DNA of 64,000 nucleotides from a virus: IMG/VR virus record IMGVR_UViG_3300020204_000007, positions 32,001 to 96,000 of that record; one strand, 5' to 3'. Shown piece by piece: positions 8,836 to 18,988 of this stretch (position 1 is its first letter; each line of letters starts with the position of its first letter). The notes under the pieces were generated by a model. It saw only the letters and a program-made list of their open reading frames with translations, ran no database searches and was not told where the DNA came from. The position numbers and the translations under genes were made by a program.

Positions 8836-9924
8836 TCATCCCTCGTAAATATCGGCGTTCATTGCAATTCCCATGTTTTTAGAAATAAAAACTTCTTGTT
8901 TAATCTTTGCGTAAAGATTTTCATCCATTTTTACTAAATCAACAAATTTTGACATGTTTCCGGCCTTAATACCAAGTTCTTCTGGACCAAAGTAAATAGT
9001 ATTGCCAGTTTCTTTTTTATGAAGAACGCCAAGATTAAGCGCAAGTTCTACCAGTTCTTCATCTTGATTAGCTAATTCGCCAGATTCCATATTGAGCCAA
9101 AACTCTGCAGCTTTGCCTTCAACAGTCAATCGTGTTTTATTAACTTTGCAACGTACTTTAGAACCAACAGCAATATTCTTACCTTGGCTATCTTTTGATT
9201 CAGATACAAGCTTGTCCTTCATGCCGGTAGCTTTTTCAAGGAAAATAATTGTAGAACAGAGATGTTTAAGTCTTTGTCCACCCGTAAGTACCCATGGATA
9301 ATATTTAGCCATTCGCGTATCAAGGTTTGCCATTGCATGGTTAGTTAAAATAACTAATACTTCACATTCATTAGCAATACGATTTAGCACGTTTAGAGCA
9401 GGATTAATGCTCTTAGAAATACCGCCATAACCATTTGCAGCACCACTAACATCGCCCTCTTCCATTGCACCTTGCTCGCCTAATGCAGTTAATGCCTTAA
9501 CCGAATCAAGAATAATTGCACAACAATCTTTGTTCTTTTTAATTTCTTCTTCCATTTTGGCTAGTGGTTTAATTGCGCCTTCAAATGTATTGGATTGAAT
9601 AACAACAAGACGATCTAGATCAACACCCAAACTGCCCGCACGTTCAGGATTAAATGCATACTCTGTGTCGATAAAAATACCGTACTTATTTGGATTAGCT
9701 TTTTGTTCTTGAGCAAGTAGTTTTAGAGCCATTAGGCTTTTACCAGAACCAGGCGAACCCCAAAGCATAACTAGTTCTCCAACTGGAATACCGCCGCCAA
9801 CTGCCCAATCAAAAGATACAGAGCCTGTTGTACGAATATGTTTTTCTTTATTTTTAAATTCTTTTGCTACGGCAACTCGTTCCATTTTCAACATTGACGA
9901 CAAATAACTTGGAAGCTTAGACAT
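8836..9924 (-). CDS. recA: RecA/UvsX recombinase
   Basis: TGSVSFDWAVGGGIPVG, GSPGSGKS, FIDTEYA, IILDSV and GGQRLKH motifs. Confidence 0.93.
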   Translation of the reverse strand: MSKLPSYLSSMLKMERVAVAKEFKNKEKHIRTTGSVSFDWAVGGGIPVGELVMLWGSPGSGKSLMALKLLAQEQKANPNKYGIFIDTEYAFNPERAGSLGVDLDRLVVIQSNTFEGAIKPLAKMEEEIKKNKDCCAIILDSVKALTALGEQGAMEEGDVSGAANGYGGISKSINPALNVLNRIANECEVLVILTNHAMANLDTRMAKYYPWVLTGGQRLKHLCSTIIFLEKATGMKDKLVSESKDSQGKNIAVGSKVRCKVNKTRLTVEGKAAEFWLNMESGELANQDEELVELALNLGVLHKKETGNTIYFGPEELGIKAGNMSKFVDLVKMDENLYAKIKQEVFISKNMGIAMNADIYEG

Positions 9925-9932
9925 TGTTCACC

Positions 9933-10403
9933 TCATGCACGGATATTTAAATTGTTAAAATTTGTACGGCCATAAATATTTTTCTTAACATCATCGATAG
10001 AAATTGATAGCACTGATCTTACTGAAGATAAATAAGAATATACACTTTCCCAATAAGCTTCATCTTCGGCTACGATTTGATATTCTGGCTGTAAAGAAAT
10101 AAATGCTTGCTTATCTTTTTCTGTTGGTTTTTGCATGTTTTTTTCTGATGCCCATTCAGGAAATTTTTCAATTCTTAAAACTGATTCGACGCGTTCTTTT
10201 TCTATTTTTGATTTTGATAAAGAATATTGCGCCTTAGTCATTAATTCAGAAATTGTTAGCAGTCCATCTCGCATAGATTGCAAAAACACAGGAGCGTCGT
10301 GTTCTGTCACATGAACAGACTGTTTGCTTTTAGCGATAAAGGGGGCAAGTTGGCTGGCAATCATATTCATTTGATCACGTTTGGAAACTATATCTGTACT
10401 CAT
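9933..10403 (-). CDS. UvsY-like recombination mediator (putative)
   Basis: Helical protein with KPTEKDKQAFI...PEY; lies between SSB and RecA. Confidence 0.5.
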   Translation of the reverse strand: MSTDIVSKRDQMNMIASQLAPFIAKSKQSVHVTEHDAPVFLQSMRDGLLTISELMTKAQYSLSKSKIEKERVESVLRIEKFPEWASEKNMQKPTEKDKQAFISLQPEYQIVAEDEAYWESVYSYLSSVRSVLSISIDDVKKNIYGRTNFNNLNIRA

Positions 10404-10446
10404 TTTTACCCCCATAAAAATCCAAATTTTGGGAATTTTTGCCACT

Positions 10447-10479
10447 AAAAAAATAAACCGACCACAAAATATGGTCGGT
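10447..10479 (-). terminator. Rho-independent terminator after the SSB gene
   Basis: ccgacca/tggtcgg stem followed by a U-tract on the minus strand. Confidence 0.65.
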
Positions 10480-10502
10480 CAAATTAAAATTAATGAGTAC
10501 TG

Positions 10503-11414
10503 TTAGAACGGATTCCAATTCTCTTCATCAGAGCCAGAAAAATCTGCTTGATGTTGGCTTGGTGTTTCTACAGCCTGTTCGCCACCCGCACCTTGCTTTT
10601 TAAGCAATCTTGAAGGAAGTTCTGTGCCTTCTGAAGCAACAAATGCAGCGACTTCATCTTCACTCCAAAGCCGAGAAGCAATCATTTGGGTTAGATCGAT
10701 CATCTTTTCTGGATCTTTTAGGCGTTCTTTAACGGAGTTAGAAAGCGGTTGTTCATAAAGCATTTCTGTTTTTTGGCGACCAACCATTTTAGATTCTACA
10801 CACAAATCGGCAAAATATCTTGTGTCAAGTTTTTCGCCAGTTTTGTTGAGAACAAGCCAGCCAGTTGGTTCTGCTGGGTTATAGACTTGCGCGTTATAGT
10901 CTTTAAACTTATGCACTGCGCCAGGAATTTTCTTGCTAGCATCGCCAAAAATAGCTTTGATTAGAGAAGTTTTTGCATCAAGAACAGAAACTTTATCATC
11001 ACCACGCAATACAACAAGAGCTGCAAATCTGCGTTTTTGCTCAAAAGCTTTAGCTAGCGTGGCGTGGTTTAGATATTTTTCATGCATTTTATGGCCAGAA
11101 GCCTTGGCACCAGTTTGCTCTAGTTTAGCTGCTTCGTCTCGATGTTTCCAGTGAGCATCGCAAATTGCACAAGACTTTCCTACAGAGCGAGCGCACGGGA
11201 TGCGCATGTATTCGCCGTTCAGAGTATATTCATGAAAATGATTCTCTACATACGGGCGAGGTTTTGCTACATGTTGATTAACAACAACTCTTAGCGTAAG
11301 AGGCCATGTAGTATTTTTTGCACCACCAACATAATTTACTTTCTCGCGCTGTTCTTTTTGTTTTCCAACAGAAAAGTCTTCATTTTCCAACATTGTATAA
11401 TCAAAATTTTCCAT
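10503..11414 (-). CDS. T4 gp32-like single-stranded DNA-binding protein
   Basis: HFH...CARSVGKSCAICD zinc motif, KTGEKLDTRY, acidic C-tail ending DEENWNPF; AAGGAG SD. Confidence 0.75.
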   Translation of the reverse strand: MENFDYTMLENEDFSVGKQKEQREKVNYVGGAKNTTWPLTLRVVVNQHVAKPRPYVENHFHEYTLNGEYMRIPCARSVGKSCAICDAHWKHRDEAAKLEQTGAKASGHKMHEKYLNHATLAKAFEQKRRFAALVVLRGDDKVSVLDAKTSLIKAIFGDASKKIPGAVHKFKDYNAQVYNPAEPTGWLVLNKTGEKLDTRYFADLCVESKMVGRQKTEMLYEQPLSNSVKERLKDPEKMIDLTQMIASRLWSEDEVAAFVASEGTELPSRLLKKQGAGGEQAVETPSQHQADFSGSDEENWNPF

Positions 11415-11426
11415 AAACGACTCCTT

Positions 11427-12050
11427 TTAACGGTATTGAAATTTAGTTACTGACGGATTAATAGAATTATTAGCCGAAGCTGTTATTTTTGATAACTCAA
11501 TACCTTCTTCAATTAGTTTGAGAAGAGTAGCAACTTTTTCTTCTTGAGCCTTCTTTCCTCCTCCTTTTGGCACTGGTAAAACAGTTCGAGATAAACGGTT
11601 ATTAATTGGCGAACGACGGTAGGTATAAAATACACTAGATTGAAGCTCTGCAGTCCTAAAAATTTGTGAAATACTGATATTATCTTGCTGTAGTGTCAAA
11701 TCATCTACAATTCTTACAAAATCTTTGACAGTTTCTACACGTTTTACTACTCGGCTAGTGTCTGGTGTACGACGAAGAGCGGTAGAGCCGCAAAATTCTT
11801 TAAGACAGTTTGCAAATAAAACATTGATTTCTGTTGAAGAAATTTCAATCGGTAGTTCTTTATTTAAAGTTTGATAGCCTTTTTTAGCCATTTCCGCTGC
11901 ACAAAGAGGCGCATGGTCGGAAACATATCTCAATTCTTGCGGTGCATATTGTTGCATACCTTCGATTACTACTTGAGCCTCTTCTTCTTTTAGATCTGAA
12001 AGATCTACAATTACTGGAATTGAATAGGAACGGTCATACATAACGGTCAT
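11427..12050 (-). CDS. Hypothetical protein
   Basis: ATGA-coupled ORF in the replication operon. Confidence 0.7.
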   Translation of the reverse strand: MTVMYDRSYSIPVIVDLSDLKEEEAQVVIEGMQQYAPQELRYVSDHAPLCAAEMAKKGYQTLNKELPIEISSTEINVLFANCLKEFCGSTALRRTPDTSRVVKRVETVKDFVRIVDDLTLQQDNISISQIFRTAELQSSVFYTYRRSPINNRLSRTVLPVPKGGGKKAQEEKVATLLKLIEEGIELSKITASANNSINPSVTKFQYR

Positions 12051-12517
12051 TTTTTATCCTCCGACACGCTTTTCGTAGTTCGTTTTTTAAAACGTTTTCG
12101 TTCTTTATTTTCAACAACACTTTTAGCATTGTGACAATCGATACATTTAACAGTTAACTTTGACAAAATTAAATTTTTTGTTTCTTTTGATAAATTCTCC
12201 TCGTCAAAAAAATCTACACCTACAAACATTCTTTCAACATACGTGTTCCAGTCTTTCCATCCAGCAATTCCAATAACAGGATCTTCATGGTCAACTTGAA
12301 TTTCTTTGTAATCAAAAACATGTTCGCACACACAGCATCTATACTTAACTCGTTTAGCTTTACTAACTGTTCCATCTTTTTTAGTAGCTTTATGAGAAAC
12401 TTTTGCGTTTTCTAAAACTAATTTTTTGATTGGACTAATAGAAAATAATCGCCGAATAGCAGATACTAGGCCGGCTCTTAGAACCCATTTTCTTTTCTTT
12501 TTACTCTTCTTTACCAT
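12047..12517 (-). CDS. HNH-type nuclease
   Basis: CCVC...QVDHEDPV...CIDCHNAKS. Confidence 0.75.
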   Translation of the reverse strand: MVKKSKKKRKWVLRAGLVSAIRRLFSISPIKKLVLENAKVSHKATKKDGTVSKAKRVKYRCCVCEHVFDYKEIQVDHEDPVIGIAGWKDWNTYVERMFVGVDFFDEENLSKETKNLILSKLTVKCIDCHNAKSVVENKERKRFKKRTTKSVSEDKK

Positions 12518-12535
12518 CCTGAAATGGTATTCTAA

Positions 12536-13339
12536 TTAAATTGAAAAGTCGATGATATCTTGCAAATTAAAATATGCTTTTTTAGTAAAATTACTGACGG
12601 ATACTTTGCCAACAAATAAACAAAGTTTATGGCGATAAGAATTCATTTTCTTACTGACTTTTGGGTCGTATTCAAAAACTTTCTTTTTAATTCCACTGAT
12701 AGGATCATCAACTAATCGCTCTTTTGGCCACATTCGAACTTTTACGTCTTCGGCCCCATCAAAAATTGATATTTCAATAAATTCTTTGCCGTCATATTTT
12801 TTAGTATTGTACCCATTGAAATATCCAAAAAAAGCCTTTCGCCACATGTTTGTTTTAACAGAAAACTCACCAATAGTTCCGCTGTAGCTCTTGGCGATAG
12901 CTACTCTGTCTTCAACGTTTTGCCCATTTTGATTAATTGTAAATTGGCGCGCAAATGGAAATACTTCTGCAAATTCTGCTTTTGTTTGCCTAAATCCTAA
13001 TTGTTGAATTGCAGATTGATATACATTACAAAAATTAATAGAAAAAATTGGATTAAAATCAGCAAGCCAAAGCTGCCGATCAAAATCAGATGAAATTTTT
13101 TCCATAGGAATTCTTTGATCTTTAATCTTTGGAAATCCGGCAGTAGATTTGCATGTTTTCTTAAGCTGTTCAATCAGCTCAAAACGCTGAGAAACAGTCA
13201 ATTGTTGGTCAAAACAATCATCAAAAGCTCCGCTCATAATCAATGTAATGATTGGCGACACCATGATTTTAATCTCGCCAGTTTCATAATTTTGTTTAAT
13301 GTCTTTAACTTTTGTTAAAAACTCTTCCCATTTATTCAA
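12536..13339 (-). CDS. Stand-alone C-terminal module (HhH/OB fold) of a DNA polymerase III alpha (DnaE)-like enzyme
   Basis: WEEFLTKV...LIMSGAFD resembles DnaE 'F..R....LIxxGAFD'; FIEISIFDG...VRMW resembles the DnaE OB fold; likely TTG start at 13339 with GAGG SD. Confidence 0.6.
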   Translation of the reverse strand: MNKWEEFLTKVKDIKQNYETGEIKIMVSPIITLIMSGAFDDCFDQQLTVSQRFELIEQLKKTCKSTAGFPKIKDQRIPMEKISSDFDRQLWLADFNPIFSINFCNVYQSAIQQLGFRQTKAEFAEVFPFARQFTINQNGQNVEDRVAIAKSYSGTIGEFSVKTNMWRKAFFGYFNGYNTKKYDGKEFIEISIFDGAEDVKVRMWPKERLVDDPISGIKKKVFEYDPKVSKKMNSYRHKLCLFVGKVSVSNFTKKAYFNLQDIIDFSI

Positions 13340-15329
13340 TGTAAAGAACCTCATCAAAATAATGATCTTGCGTATAATGCTCGATCATCAAAACTAATTT
13401 ACGATCTGATATTTCTTTAATTGCATCAATACAAATTTCTTGTGTGGCAATGTCACAGCCTTGTAAACTTTCGTCAAGCATCAAAATCGGACTGTTGTAC
13501 ATATCTGATAAAGCCAATTGAAACGCTAATACTAGCCTGCTGAATTGACCACCAGATAAATCGTCCTCACTCAATGTATCTAATACTTGCCCATCACAAA
13601 TAAGTTCTAGGTTAATTGTGGAAATTTCTTTATCTTTAGATTTTAATTTTCTGGAAGTCTTTAATTGAGCTTTTACTCGTCCATCCAAAAGAATATCTAG
13701 CCAATATGTAGCGCGAAAGTTTATTTCGTCAATAATTCCCTCAAGTGATTCGAGCATTGACTTTTGCCAAATTTCTGCAATTTCCGAACATCCAGAAAAT
13801 AACTTTTTAGCTTCTTCTCTTTCGGATTCTAATTGTTTTATTGTTTTATTGAGAGCAATCAGTTTATTTTCATATTCATGAATTTTTTCTGAAATTTCAT
13901 TATTTTTAGTTATTTGCCCTAACACTGATTCTGATTCAATTCGTTTGGCAGAGTACAAATTAAGTTCGGATGAATGTTTTTCTATTTCTTCGTAAATTTG
14001 TTGAATTTCTTGTTCTAATTCAACAATTGGAATCAATGTTTCATTTGCCTTCAAAATTTCATCAGCTTTATTCTTTTTCTTTTGTAGTTGGTTTAATGAA
14101 TTTTCTGTTTCCTCTAAAACAAACTTATGTTTTTGTATATCTTTTAGAGTTTCTTCTAGTTGATTGGCAGCTGTTTCAAATGTTTTGATATTTTTTTTGC
14201 ATTTATTGATTTTGTTTTTTATTTCATCTTCAAAGTTTGATATAGAGATAGATTGAATTGCATCATGATGTGATAAAAAATCTTCACAATCAAGTTTAAG
14301 GGATAAAATTTTGTCAATAATTTCTGGTTCGCCGTACAGGTTTAACCCATCTATTGTTTCAAAAATTTTATTTAAAGACGTGTCCTTTTGTTCTTTATAT
14401 CTTTCTAAATTTTGCAATTGGTTTTGTAACCATTCAAGTTTATTGCATTCAGATTTTAAATTCTTTATTTGTAAATTGCTCTCAGCAAGTTGGTTCTGGA
14501 TGCTTTGTTCTTTATATTGAGATAAATGAGCTTGGCACATCTTTTGTTTATCAGTTAATTCTTGTAAAGAGTCTGAGTATTTTTTTAGAAAATCTGAAGC
14601 CGGTTGGAAAACTTCTCTTGCGGGATGGTTTTTATTATCAGTCAAGACTTTTCTTTTAATTTTTAAATTCTGAACTTTTTCTTCCAGTTTTCCTATTTGA
14701 GAATTATATTTTTTAAGTTTAGTTTTTATAGATTCTTCAGAATCTGTGATATTGAATAAAGTTTGTTTTAAAGATTTTATTGCATTTTTAATTTCGTCTG
14801 TCTTTTCTTTGACATTATTTTCTTTAGTTTCTAATTGATTTAGAAGAGCACCTACTTCTTTAATTTTTTCTGCAATTTCTTCTTTTTGCTTAAATGGATC
14901 AGAGCCTTTAAAAGCAAGTTCGTTAATCAACTCCATTTGTTCAGAAGGAGAAAGATTAATCAAACTATTCTTTTGATTTTGGGCAACATAGGAACAAATA
15001 TCAAACTCTGTTTTATTCATTCCTAGAGTATTTTCGATTTCGTTCTGCGCCGTAGATGAACTCAGTCCATTTACTTTTAAAATGTTTGGGCCGCGGCCTC
15101 TAACAATTGACAAGCCAAAACCGGCTAAATCAACTTCCGTTGTTTCTTCATTCCATGTTGTAATTTTGTTTTGTTTACCATAAAGAGCATAGCTAACGGC
15201 TTTAAAGATTGATGATTTTCCTACGCCACTTTTACCATCAATTCTTACCATTCCAGTTTCTGGAAATGAAAAATCTGCATTTGAATGATTACGGAAGTTT
15301 GTTAAAGATAAATTGATACGATTCTTCAA
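13332..15329 (-). CDS. sbcC: SbcC/Rad50 (gp46-like) ATPase
   Basis: GKSGVGKSS, long coiled coil, LSGGQ signature, LMLDES. Confidence 0.92.
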   Translation of the reverse strand: MKNRINLSLTNFRNHSNADFSFPETGMVRIDGKSGVGKSSIFKAVSYALYGKQNKITTWNEETTEVDLAGFGLSIVRGRGPNILKVNGLSSSTAQNEIENTLGMNKTEFDICSYVAQNQKNSLINLSPSEQMELINELAFKGSDPFKQKEEIAEKIKEVGALLNQLETKENNVKEKTDEIKNAIKSLKQTLFNITDSEESIKTKLKKYNSQIGKLEEKVQNLKIKRKVLTDNKNHPAREVFQPASDFLKKYSDSLQELTDKQKMCQAHLSQYKEQSIQNQLAESNLQIKNLKSECNKLEWLQNQLQNLERYKEQKDTSLNKIFETIDGLNLYGEPEIIDKILSLKLDCEDFLSHHDAIQSISISNFEDEIKNKINKCKKNIKTFETAANQLEETLKDIQKHKFVLEETENSLNQLQKKKNKADEILKANETLIPIVELEQEIQQIYEEIEKHSSELNLYSAKRIESESVLGQITKNNEISEKIHEYENKLIALNKTIKQLESEREEAKKLFSGCSEIAEIWQKSMLESLEGIIDEINFRATYWLDILLDGRVKAQLKTSRKLKSKDKEISTINLELICDGQVLDTLSEDDLSGGQFSRLVLAFQLALSDMYNSPILMLDESLQGCDIATQEICIDAIKEISDRKLVLMIEHYTQDHYFDEVLYIE

Positions 15330-16272
15330 GCTTTCTTTCCTTTATATAATCGGAAAAACGTTCTTCAAAACTCTTTGTTTTTGTATTATGTTTTCGTTCA
15401 CTGGAGGTTTGTTGATCTTCTGAGATGAATTTAAACTTGACTAATTTTGCTAAATTTTTATAATCTTTTGTTTTCTTAAACGCAATAATATTAAATGATG
15501 TATCTTTGATAACAATTCTGTATTCGTTTTCTGTATCTACCGCAAAATTTTTGATATCTGCAATATCAACTTGACGTGTAATAAATTTAGGCATATTTAG
15601 ATCAATAGCTTTTTCAACGGTGTAATTACCATTATCAATATTAATCAAATAAATTGATTTATTTTCTTCTTCACTAAATCTGTGTTGGCAAGGCGTTCCG
15701 GGATACCAGACTCTGTCTGCTACTGTGTGTTCGCCATGAATGTGCCCGCTAATAATTTTGCAATTTGGAATATCATCGCCATTTTCGCTTTTAAGACCAC
15801 CGTCCATTAAGCAGCCTTTAAATTCTTGATGCGCAAACAATATATGTGGCTTGCTACTAAGCATGTCAACAGCGGTTTGGAATGATCCAGGAGGGCAATA
15901 TGGAATAAACCCTAAAATCGTATCAGAAACTATTTTTTCCGTTGGCCGATCTACAACTATATAATTTTCTATTTGTTTAAATGGAGTCAAGGCATGAAAT
16001 CTTGGCAAAAAAGTTTTACTATCATTCATTTCATGATTACCGAGAATATGAATGATTTTTGTATTTCTGTTTACACACAAAAACTCTGAAAAAATAGTTA
16101 GGCAATCGTTACGAACAACGTCATGTTCATCAAATACATCGCCAAGCAAAACGACGGATTCTGGATTATATTCTTTAATTTTTTCTGTAATTGTTTTAAG
16201 TAGAAGCTCGGAACGTTTTAGTCTGCGATGAGAAAGATGAATATCACCAATGACTAAATATTTTTGATGCAT
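15289..16272 (-). CDS. sbcD: SbcD/Mre11 (gp47-like) nuclease
   Basis: GDIH, LGDVF, GNHE, AHQE, SGHIH and YPGTP motifs. Confidence 0.92.
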   Translation of the reverse strand: MHQKYLVIGDIHLSHRRLKRSELLLKTITEKIKEYNPESVVLLGDVFDEHDVVRNDCLTIFSEFLCVNRNTKIIHILGNHEMNDSKTFLPRFHALTPFKQIENYIVVDRPTEKIVSDTILGFIPYCPPGSFQTAVDMLSSKPHILFAHQEFKGCLMDGGLKSENGDDIPNCKIISGHIHGEHTVADRVWYPGTPCQHRFSEEENKSIYLINIDNGNYTVEKAIDLNMPKFITRQVDIADIKNFAVDTENEYRIVIKDTSFNIIAFKKTKDYKNLAKLVKFKFISEDQQTSSERKHNTKTKSFEERFSDYIKERKLEESYQFIFNKLP

Positions 16273-16397
16273 TGCGGCTCCTTTTGTAACTACAGTATCA
16301 TCTGTAATCGCAAATTGAACACAAGACTAGTTCTATTTCCTTTTCATACTCATTTGTTTTGTTTTATATAAGTATTGCGGTTGTTTGTGGAGACAAT

Positions 16398-18320
16398 ATG
16401 AGTCGCGCTCAAAATGTTTATTTTCCCTTCTTTGTTCGCAGAAAATGGGAAAAAGATAATCAAATCATTCCGTATTTAAAAATATCTAGTCTATTGCTAG
16501 ACAAAGAAAAAAATAAAGAGAAAAAATATTTAGTTTTTTATAATCGTAAAAATCTAGAAAAAATTAAACAAATCAAGGCAAATAGATATATTCCGTTTGT
16601 CGAACCTACTAATGATTATTCTTTACAAACTACGTTTGTGATTGATTTTGATATCAAGCAAGATTTACCAGAAATTAATGCAAAGATTTTAAACGGATTT
16701 AGTACATTACATTCAATTTTAAATGGAAAATGTCTTTTAGTAAGAAGCGCAAGTGGAACCGGTTGGCATATTATTTTTGTGGCTAACGGAAATATAGAAC
16801 CCAAAAACTATCAACAGCTTCAAAAAGACATCATATCTAATTTATTTGCCGATATTGAAGAATATATTGATTACAACGCATCGTTATCAAAACGTCAAGG
16901 ATTTTACCATTTATCGTATTTTCCAGAATGGATAGAACACGGTTATATTAATATCACAAAAAAAGATCAGGGTAAGAAAAGAAATTTTTGGACAAATAAA
17001 ATCACATTAGATCCATTTGAAATTCATTCTTTACAAGATAATTTAGTTCCATTTAATAAACGAGATTGTTACAGATTAGATTCAGATATTATTAAAACTT
17101 TACAATTTATCAACCGTGCAAATGAAATAAATAACCAATCAATACAAAACCAATATATTAATAGATTTATTAATCTAATTGGCGAAATATCTGAAAGTAA
17201 AAACTTTCAGCTAAAAAATTTATTGAACAAATATAATTTAGCGTTTGTTCGGGCTAATTATCCAAACGCTGCAAATGTAATAGAAAAAGATATATTATCT
17301 ATTGCAAGATATGTTGGATATTATCGTGCAATAGATGAATTCTTATGTGCAAAAAAAACATTCCAAGAATCAAACGATATTCATAAATTTATGCTGTCTT
17401 TACGGGACATTAATTTTAATAAAAAAGTCAATGAATTTTTTGCTTCTAATGAAAAAGATAAAATCTTATTTTTTGAATCGGAAATTACTTTGTTAAACAA
17501 TGTTTTTATTGATTGTTTTGATATTTCATTAGTAAATAATCCCTTTAAAAGTTATGAAATTCTTCATTCATACGTTGAATCTTTTGAAGAAAAGAATCAA
17601 ATAAATTTAATACAATCAATAAAACGATTTATTAAATTTATTTTTGAAATTAAAAATAGCAAAAAGGCAAATTATTTAGAGAGTAATTTTGAAATTAATG
17701 AAGATTTTTCGTTTATGTTTTTAGATGGTTTATTTGCTGAAGATTTTACAAATCTATCAATATCAAAACATAATCAACAGACGTTAAAAAAGATTTGGCG
17801 TGAAGAAAAACAATGGTTATTTGTTGGATTTAAAAACCTTATTGCGGCAATTTACCAACTAAAAGTTGCTCAAAATAGTATTTTTATTGATATTGGTCTG
17901 GAAGATTTCAAAAAATATTGGAACACCCACGAAAGAAAAGCTATTGCGCTCAGACAACTGATCATGCCAAAACTATCAAAAGACATAAATGAATATAAGC
18001 CTCACTGGAAACGGCGAGGATTTATGATTGATTGGCACACAGTTTCTAATTTTTGTATCAAGAATTTTACATTTACTCCCAAATATCTAGCAGATAAAAT
18101 GGGCAATGGAAATACTTGGTCTGCTATTAGATCTTACGCGAAGCCTTTAGTTGCAAATTACGGATTATATGAAGCTTGCAAAATATTCAACGAGGCTATA
18201 TGGTTATCAGAAGCTAAGAATAAAAAACAGCGAATTAGAGAATTTGCTCTTTTTGCAAGAAAAATTTCAAAACAGTTACAGGAACAGAAATGCAAGTTAC
18301 AAGCGCAGACGGCCGTATAG
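16398..18320 (+). CDS. Large protein with an N-terminal AEP (primase-polymerase)-like domain
   Basis: VIDFDI and RSASGTGWHII resemble AEP motifs I and II; GGAG SD before ATG 16398. Confidence 0.55.
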   Translation: MSRAQNVYFPFFVRRKWEKDNQIIPYLKISSLLLDKEKNKEKKYLVFYNRKNLEKIKQIKANRYIPFVEPTNDYSLQTTFVIDFDIKQDLPEINAKILNGFSTLHSILNGKCLLVRSASGTGWHIIFVANGNIEPKNYQQLQKDIISNLFADIEEYIDYNASLSKRQGFYHLSYFPEWIEHGYINITKKDQGKKRNFWTNKITLDPFEIHSLQDNLVPFNKRDCYRLDSDIIKTLQFINRANEINNQSIQNQYINRFINLIGEISESKNFQLKNLLNKYNLAFVRANYPNAANVIEKDILSIARYVGYYRAIDEFLCAKKTFQESNDIHKFMLSLRDINFNKKVNEFFASNEKDKILFFESEITLLNNVFIDCFDISLVNNPFKSYEILHSYVESFEEKNQINLIQSIKRFIKFIFEIKNSKKANYLESNFEINEDFSFMFLDGLFAEDFTNLSISKHNQQTLKKIWREEKQWLFVGFKNLIAAIYQLKVAQNSIFIDIGLEDFKKYWNTHERKAIALRQLIMPKLSKDINEYKPHWKRRGFMIDWHTVSNFCIKNFTFTPKYLADKMGNGNTWSAIRSYAKPLVANYGLYEACKIFNEAIWLSEAKNKKQRIREFALFARKISKQLQEQKCKLQAQTAV

Positions 18321-18988
18321 TTGTAATGATTACTGATGATATTTACAATAAAAGTATTTATCCTCAATGTGATTTTAGTATTATCGAATTGCCTATTGAG
18401 GCAAAAGACGCTAAAAAGATGTATCAGCAATTATTCAAAACTCAAAAAAACAATCATATTTCGTTACAATTTAGTCGTTTGCCTAAAAAACTTAGGCTAA
18501 AGGCTATGAGTAACGCTTTTATTGGTGACGAAGTCGGATTTAAATTTTATGATTATGTGACTATTGTTTCGCAACAGCCCTGCAGACAACCGCCTAATCA
18601 TCTTTCTCCTCTTGGCGAAACGGTAATTTTATTTACTAAAAACGAAGAACCAAATGTAAAAACTACTAATTGGTTTAATACAGAAGTGGGAGATTGTACA
18701 AATGTTTGGGATGTAACACTGCAACCAAAAGAAGGGGTCGGGCAAACAGTTTCTAAAAAATTTGCATGGGAGATTGGATATCTTTTAGCAAATTTAGCTA
18801 GTCCATTAATTTGTAGAAAATTTCTTGTTTTAGGTCTTCCTGAATTGTCAATGGCAAAATTTGCATTAAATTCAAATTTGCAAATGTATGCGATTACATC
18901 AGATGAATTTACCGCAAATAAAGTTATTAAAGAATACGATAAATCGCTAAAAGACGAGGTTAGTAATAAAACATGGCAAAAGAAATAA
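18290..18988 (+). CDS. Degenerate N4/N6 DNA-methyltransferase-like protein
   Basis: Beta-class MTase-like segments in order (DFSIIELP, ETVILFTK, TNVWDV, FAWEIGYLL) but no DPPY or FxGxG motif. Confidence 0.45.
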   Translation: MQVTSADGRIVVMITDDIYNKSIYPQCDFSIIELPIEAKDAKKMYQQLFKTQKNNHISLQFSRLPKKLRLKAMSNAFIGDEVGFKFYDYVTIVSQQPCRQPPNHLSPLGETVILFTKNEEPNVKTTNWFNTEVGDCTNVWDVTLQPKEGVGQTVSKKFAWEIGYLLANLASPLICRKFLVLGLPELSMAKFALNSNLQMYAITSDEFTANKVIKEYDKSLKDEVSNKTWQKK

